In this document: positions 27,062-40,465 of the stretch, in pieces
How the letters are laid out: each line of letters begins with the position of its first letter
Position numbering within the stretch: position 1 is the stretch's first letter
From: Trichosphaerium sp. ATCC 40318
Taxonomy: Eukaryota > Protista > Tubulinea
Direction of reading: 5' to 3'
Assembly (NCBI GenBank): GCA_038496445.1
Contig: JALMLS010000320.1
Span: 345,290-409,289, forward strand
DNA: 64,000 nucleotides
Made by a program: the position numbers and the translations under genes
Notes under the pieces: model-generated
The model's input: only the letters and a program-made list of their open reading frames with translations
Database searches by the model: none
Told to the model about the DNA's origin: nothing

Positions 27062-27666
27062 GCTGTAATTTAGTGAATTGTAATAACTGCAATAATTCCG
27101 CAAGTTAAGGCACAATTTTCAATCAATATTTCTTTGGAAATCTCTCCAAAAAATTCAGTAATATTCATGCAGTTTTGGTTCACGTCTTAGGTGAGCAAAA
27201 ATTATGCCAGTTGATAGGTTAATTGTAATATTTCAGAAATCCTACAATATGTAGTACTTTGAGCGCTTTCGTGGACTGTTATTAAAAAAACCATTTCTAT
27301 TAGCGCAAACGATCTGGCAATAAGTAGTTCTACGCACACAAAGTGATGCCAATAAGTTTCTGTGGCGTTTTAGGAGCACGTGACAAATATCGCTTTTTTG
27401 CTACCAAGTAACCGTCAACATTGCGTTTTGTGCTAGAGAACCTAGGGGGTGAAAGAAAAGCAATCATGTCAGGTCCAACAGCACAAGCGAAACAAAATCA
27501 AGATCCTCAAAACGCCGCGATCACCAAAACACCAATGAATATTAATGAATATGGCTTACATTACCATTGCTTATATTCATAATGGGAGAACATAAGGTGG
27601 ACGCAGCTTTCAATAGTCAGGTGTTTTCAAGTCCATAATATTATTGTAGAGTAAATTAAAAGCGTT

Positions 27667-29628
27667 ATGGCGTCGCCAGAAGCAAGGCAAGTTTATTAAA
27701 CTTTGTATAAAAACGTCGCCAACATTAGATTCCAAGTGCCCTCTTTTTTTGTTCTTTTACCATTAACACTGCTACATGTGTAAAGCTTACAAGCGCAACA
27801 AGTGTAAATCAGAGATTTAGTTGTTCTCGTTGCTAATATAAACTTTCTTCCAGGTTACAGTTGCTTGACTTGCCTGTTCAGATTATTACAGCAATACTTT
27901 GTTTACCTGGCATTGTACCTTTTGATATTATTCTTGTGTGCCATTTTTTATCACGTGTAATATGGGATCACGTCGGTTATAAGGAGCTTCATATATTTAC
28001 AAGAAAAGATATTCAATCGCTATGCTCTATTGGTGGTAACTTGAAAAGAAATACGAAACTAAATATTGGATATGATTTACAACAAATAATTTCAACAAAA
28101 GATATTAAAGACCTTTCAGGTACGTCACTGAGAAACTCTTTTTTAAAGCAAATCTGTCGTACCACTTCATAAATATACGTGGTGGTATTATTCCACAAAG
28201 TCAAGGGTTTTTTTGAGTCTACACAAGCTTTGCTTCGAAGTAGTACCCAATTTGAATTTGCTTTTCTTTCCGATTATTTTCTACCACGTGATAAACCCAT
28301 ACCTTAAAATACTGTCTCAAAAGCATGCCACGTTCCTCAGAAACTCTGCTTTTTTGAATATAAAATAGTTGGTAGATATATAAAATCTCGTTTATCAGAT
28401 TCCGATTTTAAGTTATTGTCCGGTGTACACACAATACAGATGCAGAAATGAGATGTTATTACTGATAAAGGTATTTGTCATTTGGCTGGTGCTCATACTG
28501 TTTTAATTTACCTGTACAGTAAAATAACTGATATCGGCATTTCTGCTCTTGCAGGTGTTCACAATATTTATCTAAGCACGTGCAATAATATTACTGATGA
28601 AGGTATATCAGCGCTTTCCGGTGTCCATACTATACATCTGTCACAACTGAATATAACAGACAAGTGCATAAGAAGTCTCGGTGGTGTTCATACAATAACA
28701 ATAACAGAGTGTAACAAAGTTACTGACTATGGCATTGAAGCATTACGTGGTGTTCACAAAATAACTTTATAGTATCTTTATAAAGTACATGATGGTATAA
28801 AAGCTCTCTCTGGTGTTCACAGTATAACTTTGGTAAGGTGTAACAACATAACTGTCAATGGTGTGAAAGGACTAATGTCAGGAAGAAAACCACATTATGT
28901 CCGTTTAGAGGAATGTTCAAATATCCCTAACAATGCAATACAAGCTCTAAAAGGTGTTCACACGATTGAACTGTCTGTATGTCACCAAGTCACAGATGAA
29001 GATATTAACTGCCTTGCTGGGGTTCACTCATTAGAACTAGCTGATTGTCCTCGTTTAACAGGAACTTGTTTTAAAAATCTCAAAGGTATTCACACTATTG
29101 ATATCTGTGATTGTTATGGTGTAACAGATAAACGTGTGTGATCTTTCTGGTGTAAGTATATTAAACCTTAGATGTTACACCTTTCAATGTAAGGGATTCA
29201 GCGCTTTAAAAGGTGTCAAAGAGGCTTTATTTGATGGTCACATGAGAGATGAAGGACTGATTGGTGTTGCTGGTTTATCAAAGTTATTACTTCCACGAGG
29301 TAACCGCTTTATAACTGATAAGGGTATCATGGCTCTTGCTGGTATTAAGGAACTAGTTATACCAGAATGTATTAATATAACAAACACTGGCATCAAAGCA
29401 CTTGTGGGCGTTCAGCATCTAAATATTTCTAGTTGTTGTAAAGTCTCTGATGAAGGTATTCAAGTTCTTGTTGGTATTAAGACTCTTGATATTTCACGTT
29501 GCATGTTAATAACAGACAATGGTATCAAGAACTTGGTGGGTTTAAGAAAGATAAAGTATAAATGTACTCAAGTTACAAAAGAAGGTGTTTATAAGTATCT
29601 CAACTTGAGAAACTACTTTGACTACTGA
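27667..29628 (+). pseudogene. F-box + LRR (GVHT-type repeat) pseudogene
   Basis: LLDLPVQII F-box-like start, repeats L.GVHTI.L..C..ITD.GI; in-frame TGA 28449-28451, TAG 28770-28772 and a frameshift in a GT run at ~29135. Confidence 0.8.
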
Positions 29629-30039
29629 ACTTCATTTAATGTAAGAAGTAGTAACAAGTTCACATTCAATAAACTACCTTAAGTCAATCTGTGGTTCCAT
29701 AACTCTGCAGGGGTTAGCTACTAACGATTAATTTTACACTTTTTATGTAAGACCTGTTTGCAGAAAATGCAGGTAATTGAATGCCATTTAATCTACAACA
29801 CAAAACCTACCACATTGAACATTCTACCTGCTGGGCCCAATGAATGGATGTACCACAGAGTCTACGGAGTAATGTCGGGTTCACTTCAAGCTAGGATATT
29901 TTGGACAAGGATGCAAAGGTTTCACGGAAACTTCGGAAGTAAATTCAGGTAGTTTGCTCAAAACTGTTGCACACCCCGCAAAAGGGTAGACGTATTTTAT
30001 TAAACTGCCTGTGACAATCGTCTTATACAACCTTCTCTA

Positions 30040-31977
30040 CCTATAAATGCTGGTGCTACTGGTGGAGGTGGAGGATTGAACTTAAACGCAGATAAAGCAA
30101 AGCTTGTTGGTGCAGGAATTTCGTAGGCTTCCATTGGGGTCACACCGGTAGTTAAGACTTCAGTGATATCAATAGATAAATAACTTCCGTCTTGGCAAGC
30201 AGCTATTAAAGTAGTCTCTGATATTGATGTTAAACCTAAACAAGAAAAACAACAATGAGTTGTACACAGTAAAAAAAAACAGGAGAATTTTTACCTGCGA
30301 CTCTACAACCTGTATCAATCCAGTCAGCTATCGTTGCACATGATCCAGATAAAAAGTCAACTATAACATCTGTCTCACGATCGGCAGCAAGGAATAGAAC
30401 ACCATCAACAATTTCTCCTGTTATAATTAAACGCCATGCTCTAAATATAGTTTCTCGACTAAAATTTTCGTACCAGCAAAAGCTGACCTGAGTTTATCAC
30501 TGCAAGCAATGCTAAGTTTACATGTCTCTACATCTAGCTCGTATGTAATAAATTCTCTACCCTCCATAAATATTCTTCCACTCGCATCATCTATCATCAA
30601 TCCAGTGAGGGAAATAGGGAAGAAACATGTTTTGTCCTAAAATGCGGAGTAAGTGTGATGGACTTTCATAAAGGCGCTTCAAAATCTGACGTACAACTTG
30701 ACATGTGTAAGGATCAATTGTGAATAGCTGCTGGTTTTTGTTCAAGTACAAGATTTTATCAAGTACAGCGCTGTATTCCATTGCATCTGGATCTGTTTCC
30801 AATTCTGGATTATCACATGCTATAAATGTATAAATATCCATGTAATATTTTGTAGTGGAGTACAAACAAAATTCGTACATCCAAGGATATTGGTTGTATC
30901 GGAAAGGGAGTAATAATCAAATCCTGGTATTCCGTCTCCTTTTCCTATGATTAAAGCATCAACAATACCACCTTGAGGAGCTACTGTAGGAGGAGGAGTT
31001 GCCACATCCGGAGGAGGTGTTATTTCAGGTGGAGGTGTTGTATCAAAAAATAGAGAAGAAATAGCACCACCAAGTATCGCTGGTAATGTTGTTACAAACG
31101 GAGCTATCGTTGAGGTGCCAATATTAAATGAATAATAGGTATTGTCGGTAGTTTTACCAATAATTTCATTATCCGATATTGCGGTAATATCTAGGAAGTA
31201 GATAATAAGTACTATTACAATAATAGAACAATATTGATCAGGAAAAATATGTACCTCCGGACGCAGGTACGATATAGTCCACTAGCTGAGTAACAACACA
31301 AGCCATAGGACCTGTTAGAGGTAATACAGCGAATTTCATACTGCCAGCAATGTATAATGTATCGCCGACTATCTCCACTGTTGTAGTGAATTAACACACC
31401 TTTCAACAAAAAAAAAAACCACGCACTCCCGCCGACAAATCCAATATCTGTTGTGTCTACTTTACAATAGTGACACATCGAGCAATCTGTTGGTCCAAGT
31501 ACAACCATATAACCCGAGCTCGTGATGCCGTATAATACGCCTGTTGCTTTATCCACAGCAAGGTACGGAATGCCAGTGTTAACGGGACATGAAGTCTGAA
31601 TGTAAAATTATTTTAACTTGATATTTGTAACCAAAACGATACCTGTATAGCACACGTGCGCGGATCCGCCTGAAACAGTAAGTCAAAAGTCTTTCCAATA
31701 AGTGTCTTAGTTGATGGCATGTATGTATACGAAATAGCGAAAAGGCCATCGGCTTGTTGGTATTCACATGCTAAACAAAGTGTTTGTCAATAAAAATTCG
31801 AGCGACTCTATTTGGGAGAAGAAAATGTCTATTACTTTGTATAACCATTGATGGATCAGCTTTCGATCGTATTTCAAAGCCTGGGAGAGGCGTGGTTGTA
31901 ATTACAAACGAATCTTGCGAGAGTGCGTATGCGAATAACGATAGAACAAGTAAAAAGATTGCTGTTGATGCGCTCAT
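30040..31977 (-). CDS. Secreted multi-exon protein with two beta-rich (propeller-like) modules and Pro-rich linkers
   Basis: Signal peptide MSASTAIFLLVLSLFAYALS; similar modules (VVLGPTDC / FTIDPYTC); linkers TTPPPEITPPPDVATPPP; 3' end approximate. Confidence 0.6.
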
Positions 31978-32507
31978 TGTATAATTTTGTTTGAATAAAA
32001 AAGTCTGTATCACAACAATACTACAACTACAATATCTCTTCAATGTGAATATTGTAATTGTTATTCAATGTCACGTGCGTGAATAAAGACATCAATAAGA
32101 ATTTCTTCCCGATAGAAAAAACAATGGGTGTAGATAAAACCCTACATTCGTGTTTACTGTTGTATAACTCTAGTAGTAGTAACCTTACCAAAAAAACAAC
32201 CTTTGGTGAGAAGTGACATATGTTCACATTGTTCTCATAACCATACTGGCGGTCTGTTTTTCTAAATATTGAACGTTTTACTACACCTTCCAAATGGCAC
32301 AACTAAAGCAAGGTTGGCACCACGCACACCAGTGCAAACAAGAAACCTATCAGTATGGCTCGTATGTGGAGTAGCGCTCAAACACGAAACTTACAACAAA
32401 AAAAAGTAAAGTATTGTACAAGCACTGCAAGTTTGCTGTTGGTCCTACCAATGCATTTTGAGGTTTTATTAATAAACAAGCTTTACCTCAACAACAAAAA
32501 AATAAAA

Positions 32508-35127
32508 CTAGTTTATAGTTGTATCAAAAGCAAGGTACTTCACTTCAAAGTTTCCACGCTTATAAATACGATATACTTGTACACAAAACTCAAGAGTCTT
32601 CTTTTTGATACTATTAAGTTTCAATATTAGATCACCAAGGACTTCTTGTTCTTTTTCCAAATCAACAATAGGCACACCATGAAAAAACTTGAAAAAAAAA
32701 AAAGAATAAGAAATCGCATAAAAAGAACAAAGTAAAGTAAAATTCTGGAGTTCATTAAGCGTTCTCTCTTGAAGTTATATTTTTCTCCACATCACACAAT
32801 AACTATGAAATGTGGTCTTATTCCTTTGTATATAAAAATGTTTTTATAACAGCGTGATGAGTGACGACTCAACTTGTTGTTGGTGTTGTGAGAAAAAACT
32901 GGTTTTAGGATAAATCGTAGTTGATTTTGCTTGCCAAATTCTATTGTAGAAAAGCTCCAATTCTTTTTGTTTGAAGTTTTTTACGTACTGGTTTATCTGT
33001 ATGAATCATAAGTGGTAGAATACTTGATGATTTCGGTTCTTCTATGAACAAAGTGAAGAAAAAAATACGTTTGTTATCTTTTTTACTGATAACAGTAAAA
33101 TTCTCTATTCTCTCCGGATACCAACCCTAGAACAAAAGAATGAATTTCCGAAAAAACAACTGAGCACTTAAAATAATTATACAGGAATAAAATCAGAAAC
33201 AAGATAAATATACTCAAAGGGGAATAAGAAAATAAGAAGCAGGCAAGTTATTGCTGTAAAAAATTAGAAAAAGTAACACTTTGGTGGTGTTTTGAAGTCA
33301 CATGTGCGAACTTGATATGCACGTGCCATGCAAAACATGATACTCAAGCACGTGTTATGGATACATGCTTATCATTTTTTGACTCAAACAAAAAGGTACC
33401 TTAATAATTCCACTTGAATGATACTTGTTTGGAAGCTTAGTGCTATTTAATATAGTACTAATAGGCGTAAATGGCATATGACTGAACTGATGGCACGCTA
33501 ATATATGACATTAACAATAAAGTATTTCAATAAATTGTCTTACTTGATACAACACGTGTAGCTGATACAGGTGGAGTGTAAACACTCAGCGATGCTTTTT
33601 TAGGCGTTGTTTTTCTTTCTTTCTCAGCAATCTTATTGTACTCACTAGAGACAGCTTAGAAGTCAATACCCAACAATTGCATCAACATACCTAATTAATT
33701 TAGCAACACGCTCATCTGATTCTTCAATAATTGCGACAACTGGCTTGTTATGATCGATTGTATGTAGCTCAAGATTGTCATAGTATTTTCCTAAAATATT
33801 CTTAGTTCAGAAAGTGATTTACAATGTTGTCAAGACACGTACTACTTCTGAGGAACTTTATGTTCACCCATAATCCTATTAAGTTATCTTCGAAATGATA
33901 TGAACCCTCCCAAGCTATGACAGGCATAATTTTACCGACACTAGGACGTTCAACAGCACCATAAGCCCTAAGACTTTTCGTCAAAAAAAACGTAAAAAGA
34001 AAAAAAAACGATGTATTCAAAAAGCCCCACTACGTACTCGTCTCCATTCTCTTGATCGCCTGTACCATCCCATATCATTACTTTTTGTTTCTTATCTTCA
34101 TTTTGGATATCAAGAATCTTTACAAGTACATCACATGAAACACCTTCAGTAATCTCTTCAAGTTTTTTTAAGTAATCACTCTGTTCATCGTTATGCCTTT
34201 CCTCGGATACTAAACCTCCCTGATTCTTAGCCCACGTGCGTAAAACATTAAGCCTCTTTTTGTCGTTATCTATAAATGTAGGAAAGTCTGAGGATTGCCA
34301 TAAAAAGCTAACTTCTTCTCCAGGTTTGTCCGAATAAACAGTTAAAGCGCTGATTGCTTGTTTGTAAATCAACCACATCTTTCCATTATAAGTATCAACC
34401 TAACCCCAAGAATAAGATTTTACACAAAACACGTTATTATTAACTTGATAAATTGTAATCAACACAAGGCGCTGTCTAGCACGTGCAACAGCCAAAAAAC
34501 TGTCAGAAAAAATTCTTGAAACTACAAGTTTTTTTGAAGCGAACTCTTTGACCACCACGCACCCAAACACGGTGCAGGCGCACCACAGATCCAAAAGGCG
34601 GAAATTTTGGAGGTGTAGGATATGACTGCCTATTAAAAAAAAGCCTCACAGCCATATCATTGCACGATTCATCGCATATATTCATATTCATGTACCAATC
34701 TATTTTAAATCAGAAAAAAAGTAAAAACAAACAGCAAGTTTTTGTGCACGTGTTGTCACAAGAACAATAAGGTTTTATAACTGAGAGTTCGTGTTTAGTG
34801 TTGCTTACCACTTCCACTAGTTGCCTTCCATTCTGTGTACGAGAGAAGAATACCCCAAACGTAGAATTTTTTTCTGCCTGGTTTGCTGGTACCAGCGTAT
34901 ATATCTCCTAGAGGTGTGTATTCGTATTGAGCTTCTTTTTTTCTTTTCTTTTGAGGTTTTCTGTTATCTTGCTATTTTGATGTAAACGAATACATTCAAT
35001 GGTTTATTTATTGCGTTTTTATGCGTATTATAACGGTTTTGTTGTATAAAATGTAACGTACATGTATTTCAAAAGTTCTTTTACCCAAAGTGGATACGAG
35101 AACATCTGACGCGTTTGTGAATGCCAT
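32508..35127 (-). CDS. POT1: Protection of telomeres 1 / TEBP-alpha-like ssDNA-binding OB-fold protein
   Basis: YEYTPL, ..ICDES, GSVVRLHRV (OB1); CDVLVKIL...IWDGT (OB2); TPISTIL...PNKY and terminal YLAFDT (C-terminal OB). Confidence 0.85.
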
Positions 35128-35307
35128 CTAGGTGTCAGTTACAACTTTCTTGATTTTGGCGGGTTTATAATTGTTTTAAGCGCCTTGGTATTTGTTTTAT
35201 TTAGTTTCTATGGTTGTGCGGCCATAACCGCCCGAAATGCCACGAAGCAAAAAAAATCCAAAATGAATTCGCGTTGACTTTCGCTGTTGCCACTACAGTT
35301 AGTCAGC
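35128..35307. promoter_or_regulatory. Probable bidirectional promoter POT1/TAF10
   Basis: Divergent start codons only 180 bp apart. Confidence 0.6.
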
Positions 35308-35881
35308 ATGACAGCAAATCGCCCAGTGGACGACATGGAAGAGTTTTTATCGCTTATGACAGAGTATAAACCAACGGTAATTCCAATCTTGTTTTATCAC
35401 TTGTTTTAATACTCTATAGATACCTGAAGAGGTAGTTGACTCTTGTTTAAAACGAACTGGCTTCGATTGTCCGGACGTTAGGGTGTACGGCAGTTTAATA
35501 CTGCATATTACGCGCATATAATTAATAATAACAATAGGCAAAGATTAGTAGCTGTAGCAGCACAAAAATTTATAGCGGATGTAGCAAATTCAGCTCTAAA
35601 CCATTGTAAAAAAAGACAACAATCTCAAACACTTCGTAACAAGGTGCGATATAAAAAATCACAGACGACGAAGAAAAAAAAAAAAACGTTTTTTTTGATG
35701 TTTTTGTTAAAAACAAACCCCTCTTTGTCGTCTATCTCATTTCAACTTTGACTGACACCATCAAAAGAACCGTAAATTAGTGATGAGTATGGACGATCTT
35801 TCAAAGGCATTGGCAGAATACGGAATAAACGTCGTTAAACCTGCTTATTTTGCAAATGATACATCGACTACTATCGTCTGA
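35308..35881 (+). CDS. TAF10: TFIID subunit 10
   Basis: 4 exons: YKPT|IPEEVV..GFDCPDVRV|QRLVAVAAQKFIADVA...LVMSMDDLSKALAEYGINVVKPAYF. Confidence 0.95.
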
Positions 35882-36439
35882 TATGTATAGTCACTGCTAT
35901 CTGATATGTGACCCCTCTCTCAGACTAAAGACCCAAGACCCTAGACCCAAGACACTAGACCCTCCCACGAATTTATTGTAGATATTAATGAACGTTGCTA
36001 AGTTCGTTGTAAGTAGCAGTTGCACTTTTTTACGTTTTTAGCGATTTTTTTATCTTTTTTTTTGAGCAAATAGGCTAGTATTATCGTGATACTATTAACA
36101 GGTATATGACGAGTTATTTGACGTAAGTATATTGCTCGTTATCGTTTCGTAGACGCAAAAATCGAAAAACGGCAAAAAAAAAAAAAACAGCCCGAAGCGA
36201 AACGTAAAACAGCTGGACTTGTAAAACCGCTTAGGTTCGCAGTATGTGCGCACATAATTTGCAAATTCGAAAAAAAAGTTCGGTTTAGTTTTTTGAGTGA
36301 TGACGAGATGCTGTTTTACATCACCATGTGTTGTAGTAATAGTCTAGTGTATAGCTGCTATTTTGAATGTAGTAGACTAATTATTTTACTGCACAGTTTT
36401 TGTGACAATAAGTTGTTGAAATAAGCCGGCTTTCAGTTG

Positions 36440-38480
36440 TTAACTAGTGTTGGAATCATTTTTAAACCATACCCTGGCAACTCCTTCTGCGTTACTGAAA
36501 ATACACAGATGCTCACTGAATAGTAAACCGTTTTCATACTGTTGTGCCTTGTACGGCAGTTCTTGTTCGTGGCAATGAATACTTTTGCTATGTATTAAAG
36601 TAACATTGGCAATGAGTTGTTTGTATTAGTCACACGAACAAGGAAGTTGCTATATTGTTTATTCAAAGTATGATACTTAACAACAAAGTAGCTACCAGTA
36701 CAATAATTGGAATCCTTTTTACACATACGTCGCTAGGCATACTCGGAGTATTATCAATTGTTTTACAATTTGTGATTGTAATTGAGATGATAGCAAATAA
36801 TCCTGTTGATGATCGTGTTGATTCCATACATTGTGTATCACGTAAGGCTACCTGCGAGTCAAATTGAGTTGTACAGGAACGTTGTTGTGAAACAATAAGA
36901 GTAATATTCTATGAACAAGTGAGCTTCCACAGTCGGAAAAAAGTAAGAATCGATTGTAGGTAGTAAAGTCTCAAAGAGAATATAATGTTGTTAAATCTGC
37001 ACGTACCTTTTCGGTAGTATCAACACTAAAAGAGCCTTCAACACATCCTCTTACGTCTATTATAGTTGTATCTGATTTAAATTTCAAAGGCGTATTGCTA
37101 CCTGTCAAATTTCCTTTAATAAACATTAGCAAACAAAAAGAAGCTTCATTTTCTTTGGTGGTGTGTACCAGCTACATAAAAATTTGAAATTATTTCAAAC
37201 TCTTTTTCATCTAACACGACATTACCTAGTGCTCATTATTAGCAAACACATAAAGGGTTTCGGTAAAGAGAATAAAAAAGTACTTTGTTTTCGTGTATCA
37301 CGTGGAATCTCACACAACCCTGTTGTTGCTGCAGAACCGACACACCTGATGTCTTCCCATCCGTCTCGCACTCCTCTATAACACGCTGTTAGCTTTTTTT
37401 ACTTCTCACAAAAGCTAGTAGTACATGGTAGCGCATTTCTCGTTCTTAAGTTTATTTGGTTGATTACCATGCCAAGGGCTACGAAAGAATTTTGTTCCGT
37501 ATTCTAATGGCTCATTAGATATTTCCTATGGTTATTAGTATCTGCGACTCAATACAAGTAATTGCACCCATTCGAATTGTCCTATATCTCTAAAGCCTAC
37601 AGTGAGACCTATCCATGAAGGAAGTTGTGACCCAACTACCGAATATGCAAACATGTTTTCTTCTTCAGAGTTTATAGAAATAAGATAGCCTCCTTGCATC
37701 ATACACAAACCTTTAAAACGATAGGTATTAGGGCTTGAAATCTCACGTTTGAATTGAGTACCTTGTGCTTGCAACCACGTGGTATCCTTCTGAAAAACGT
37801 TGTAGCAGTGACCTTTTTTAAGGTTTTAACAACTTTTTTACACAAACCAAACTAGTTCACCTGCAAATGAGTGTTCACAAGGTATGTCATCTGGTACTTC
37901 TATACAATTTAACGAAATATTAAGCATAGAAGGAGGCTTTAGGGATTCACATAAGTAATTTGGTTCGTCACAGAAGAAACTCTAACCACCTGTTAAAAAC
38001 CCGTCCAAAACTACATCTTGTTTGTGTACTGTATCCGAAAGTGACATGCATCTGTCGACTCCTTCGGTTCTGATTGTAGTAGCGGTAGTATAAAACTCAT
38101 TTACTAGAGTACCATCGAGCCACAAGTCATGAGTACCATTACTTTCTATCATTATACGTAAATCCTATGTTCATCAATTGAGCGAAAATTAAAAGTTGAG
38201 GTTCTGGACTTACAGCGAAAGTGGACATCGCAGCTCCCTCGACTACGCTAGTTAACACTAGCGGAATAGAGTCTATAATAAAGCACGAGAGTTAATATTA
38301 CAGTAAGGACGTGATAAAAAAGGGCGTTGAAGGTGTACCTCCTTCGCACGTGTCTATTCCGCCCATTGATTTATGGAGATGATAAACTGTGTTGTTCCAA
38401 ACGCACGAAGATACTAATTCGCTTACTACGACGCTCATACACGATAAAAATATTAAAGAATACAGAAGAGATGCTTTCAT
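36440..38480 (-). CDS. Secreted protein with C-type lectin domain
   Basis: Signal peptide; HCY..TW..AQ..C...GGYLISINSEEEN, WIGL, W...QPN, WEDIRC; 3' end approximate. Confidence 0.75.
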
Positions 38481-38749
38481 TGTTCTTAGGCGTATTTGAA
38501 GTAGACTAGCCACAAATAATGTGAACCAGACACAAATCACGTGAAAACCACACAATTTCACTGCAAATAACAGAACAACAGATTTAGAAGCTTAAAGAAG
38601 AAATTGGATCAAAAGTTATTAGTGTATCCTTGCTGAGTACTATACGTGAGCATATGAGCAGGAATAGTATGGCACAAATTAGGAGTGGTAGTTTAAAAGG
38701 AGTGGCAGCATCTCTTTTGAGACAGTTTCGAAAACTATTTTTGATTGTT

Positions 38750-39106
38750 GATATTTACTGGATTTCGAGAATGTTGAGACGTTTTTACTCATCTCATAAC
38801 CATCTTAAAGTTCAATTTCTGGTTTAGTCATGTAGCTAGTATTCTATACTTATTGGCATCAAAACCATTTTGCAATTTGTTCTTGCTGTGCTGAGGAAAA
38901 GTACCGACAGTCAAAGCAACTTTTTTCAAAACAAAATTTTTTATTTTAAATTTTCGGAATTTCTGTAACTGTCTCAAAGCGATGCTGCCCTTAACGTCAC
39001 ACTAAAATAGCCGGGTCAAAGCTAGCAAACTAACGCACTGATACAATTAGTTTAATTTATAACGCAATAATGCTACAAACTAGTAAATACACCGCTCAAA
39101 GGTAAA
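38750..39106 (+). repeat. ~355 bp dispersed repeat, copy A (upstream region + exon 1 of the F-box/LRR gene)
   Basis: Near-identical reverse complement at 62969-63322. Confidence 0.93.
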
Positions 39107-40279
39107 CTTATACTTCATTGCTCTATTTTTCGCTTAAAATATCTCTACAGCACGCAAATAAGCATCTTGGACTTCCCTACAGAGATTTTAGCTCATATAT
39201 TACGGCAACTTACAAAAGCGCGATTTACAGCTTGTCAAACCTGTCATAGCATTGCTTCTATCATACACGACATTATAGGATACGACAGCGTTACAATAAG
39301 TACTGTGGACCATGCCAAATCGCTTCTAAAACACACCAGCACTCTTACATACACTAAAATCAAAATGATTGGTAACATTCCATGTAGTATTATAAAAGAG
39401 TTTGCTGGTGTTCGCAACATTAGTATTGGAGTTTCTGAAGGTATAACAGATGAATGTATCAAATCACTTGCTGGTGTCCATACCATTAATCTGAGCAATA
39501 AAAACTGTAATGATGGGGATCTCACACTTTCTGCCTTGCTAGCAGGTGGTTGCTGCAAGTCTATTACAGATGAAGGGATAAAAGCTCTTGCTGGTGTTCA
39601 TGAGATTAACCTTTATAACTTAGATGTTACAGATGAAGGTATCAAATCGCTGGCTGGTGTTCATACCATTGACTTAAGTTGCTGTTACAACATTACAGAT
39701 GAAGGTGTAAAAGCTCTTGCTGGTGTTCATACCATTCACCTGTATGATTGTGATATTACAGATGAAGGTATCAAATCACTGGCTGGTGTTCATACCATAG
39801 ATTTAGGTAACTGTGATATTACAGATGAAGGTGTAAAATCTCTTGCTGGTGTTCATACCATTCACCTGTATGACTGTGACATTACAGATGAAGGTATCAA
39901 ATCACTGGCTGGTGTTCATACCATTAACTTAAGTTGCTGCCACTACATTACAGATGAAGGTGTAAAATCGCTTGCTGGAGTTCATACCATTTTTCTAAAC
40001 AATACTAGAGTTACAGATGAAGGTATTAAGAACCTTTCAGGAGTGCATACAATCGGCCTTCGTTTTTGTAAACAAATAACAAACGTCAATGCACTTTCAG
40101 GTGTTCATACTGCCATACTTGCAAATACTTCAGTAACAGATGAAGGCATACAATCGCTCTCTGATGCTTATAGGATAGATCTTTGTAATTGTATATACAT
40201 TACAGATGAAGGCATCAAATCACTTAATGGTGAGGTGTTGCATACGATGAATCTTGTTGGTGCATCGGCCACATATTAG
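39070..40279 (+). CDS. F-box + LRR (GVHT-type repeat) protein
   Basis: Exon 1 MLQTSKYTAQ, GT-AG intron, then ILDFPTEIL F-box and about 10 repeats of ITDEGIKSLAGVHTIxL. Confidence 0.88.
39440..40050 (+). repeat. Coding tandem repeat, 72-75 bp units
   Basis: Near-identical acagatgaaggt.t.aaa..ct.gctggtgttcataccat units. Confidence 0.9.
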
Positions 40280-40465
40280 CGAAGACACTGATCACTGATG
40301 GAAGGCTATTTGATCACATACTTTAACAAACACGGAAAAGGAAGCATGTAGAAATATTTTCTAAATAAAAACTTGTATCCTTGTTTATACCGAACACATC
40401 AACGTTGTGTTGATGAAAGATTATCAATAAAAAAGTATTTTTATTTCTTGTAAGATATTTTTACA

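Larger units (their letters stand above)
18485..27125. repeat. Tandem segmental duplication (~18485-22385 and ~23180-27125)
   Basis: Exons, introns, 3' flank and short 5' flank align directly between the two units. Confidence 0.92.

Noticed and set aside
27440-27470. GGGGTGAAAG..AATC resemblance to LSU rRNA
   Set aside because: The match is too short and the flanks show no rRNA similarity
5757-29141. Stop-codon reassignment suggested by in-frame TAA (Rab) and TGA/TAG (LRR gene, TGA at a Cys position)
   Set aside because: Both genes also carry frameshifts, and conserved genes end normally with TAA (Rac, CDK11), TAG (SmE, POT1) and TGA (TAF10) with no internal stops
39440-40050. CRISPR-like repeat/spacer appearance
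   Set aside because: The units are in-frame LRR codons within one ORF in a eukaryotic gene; no cas genes
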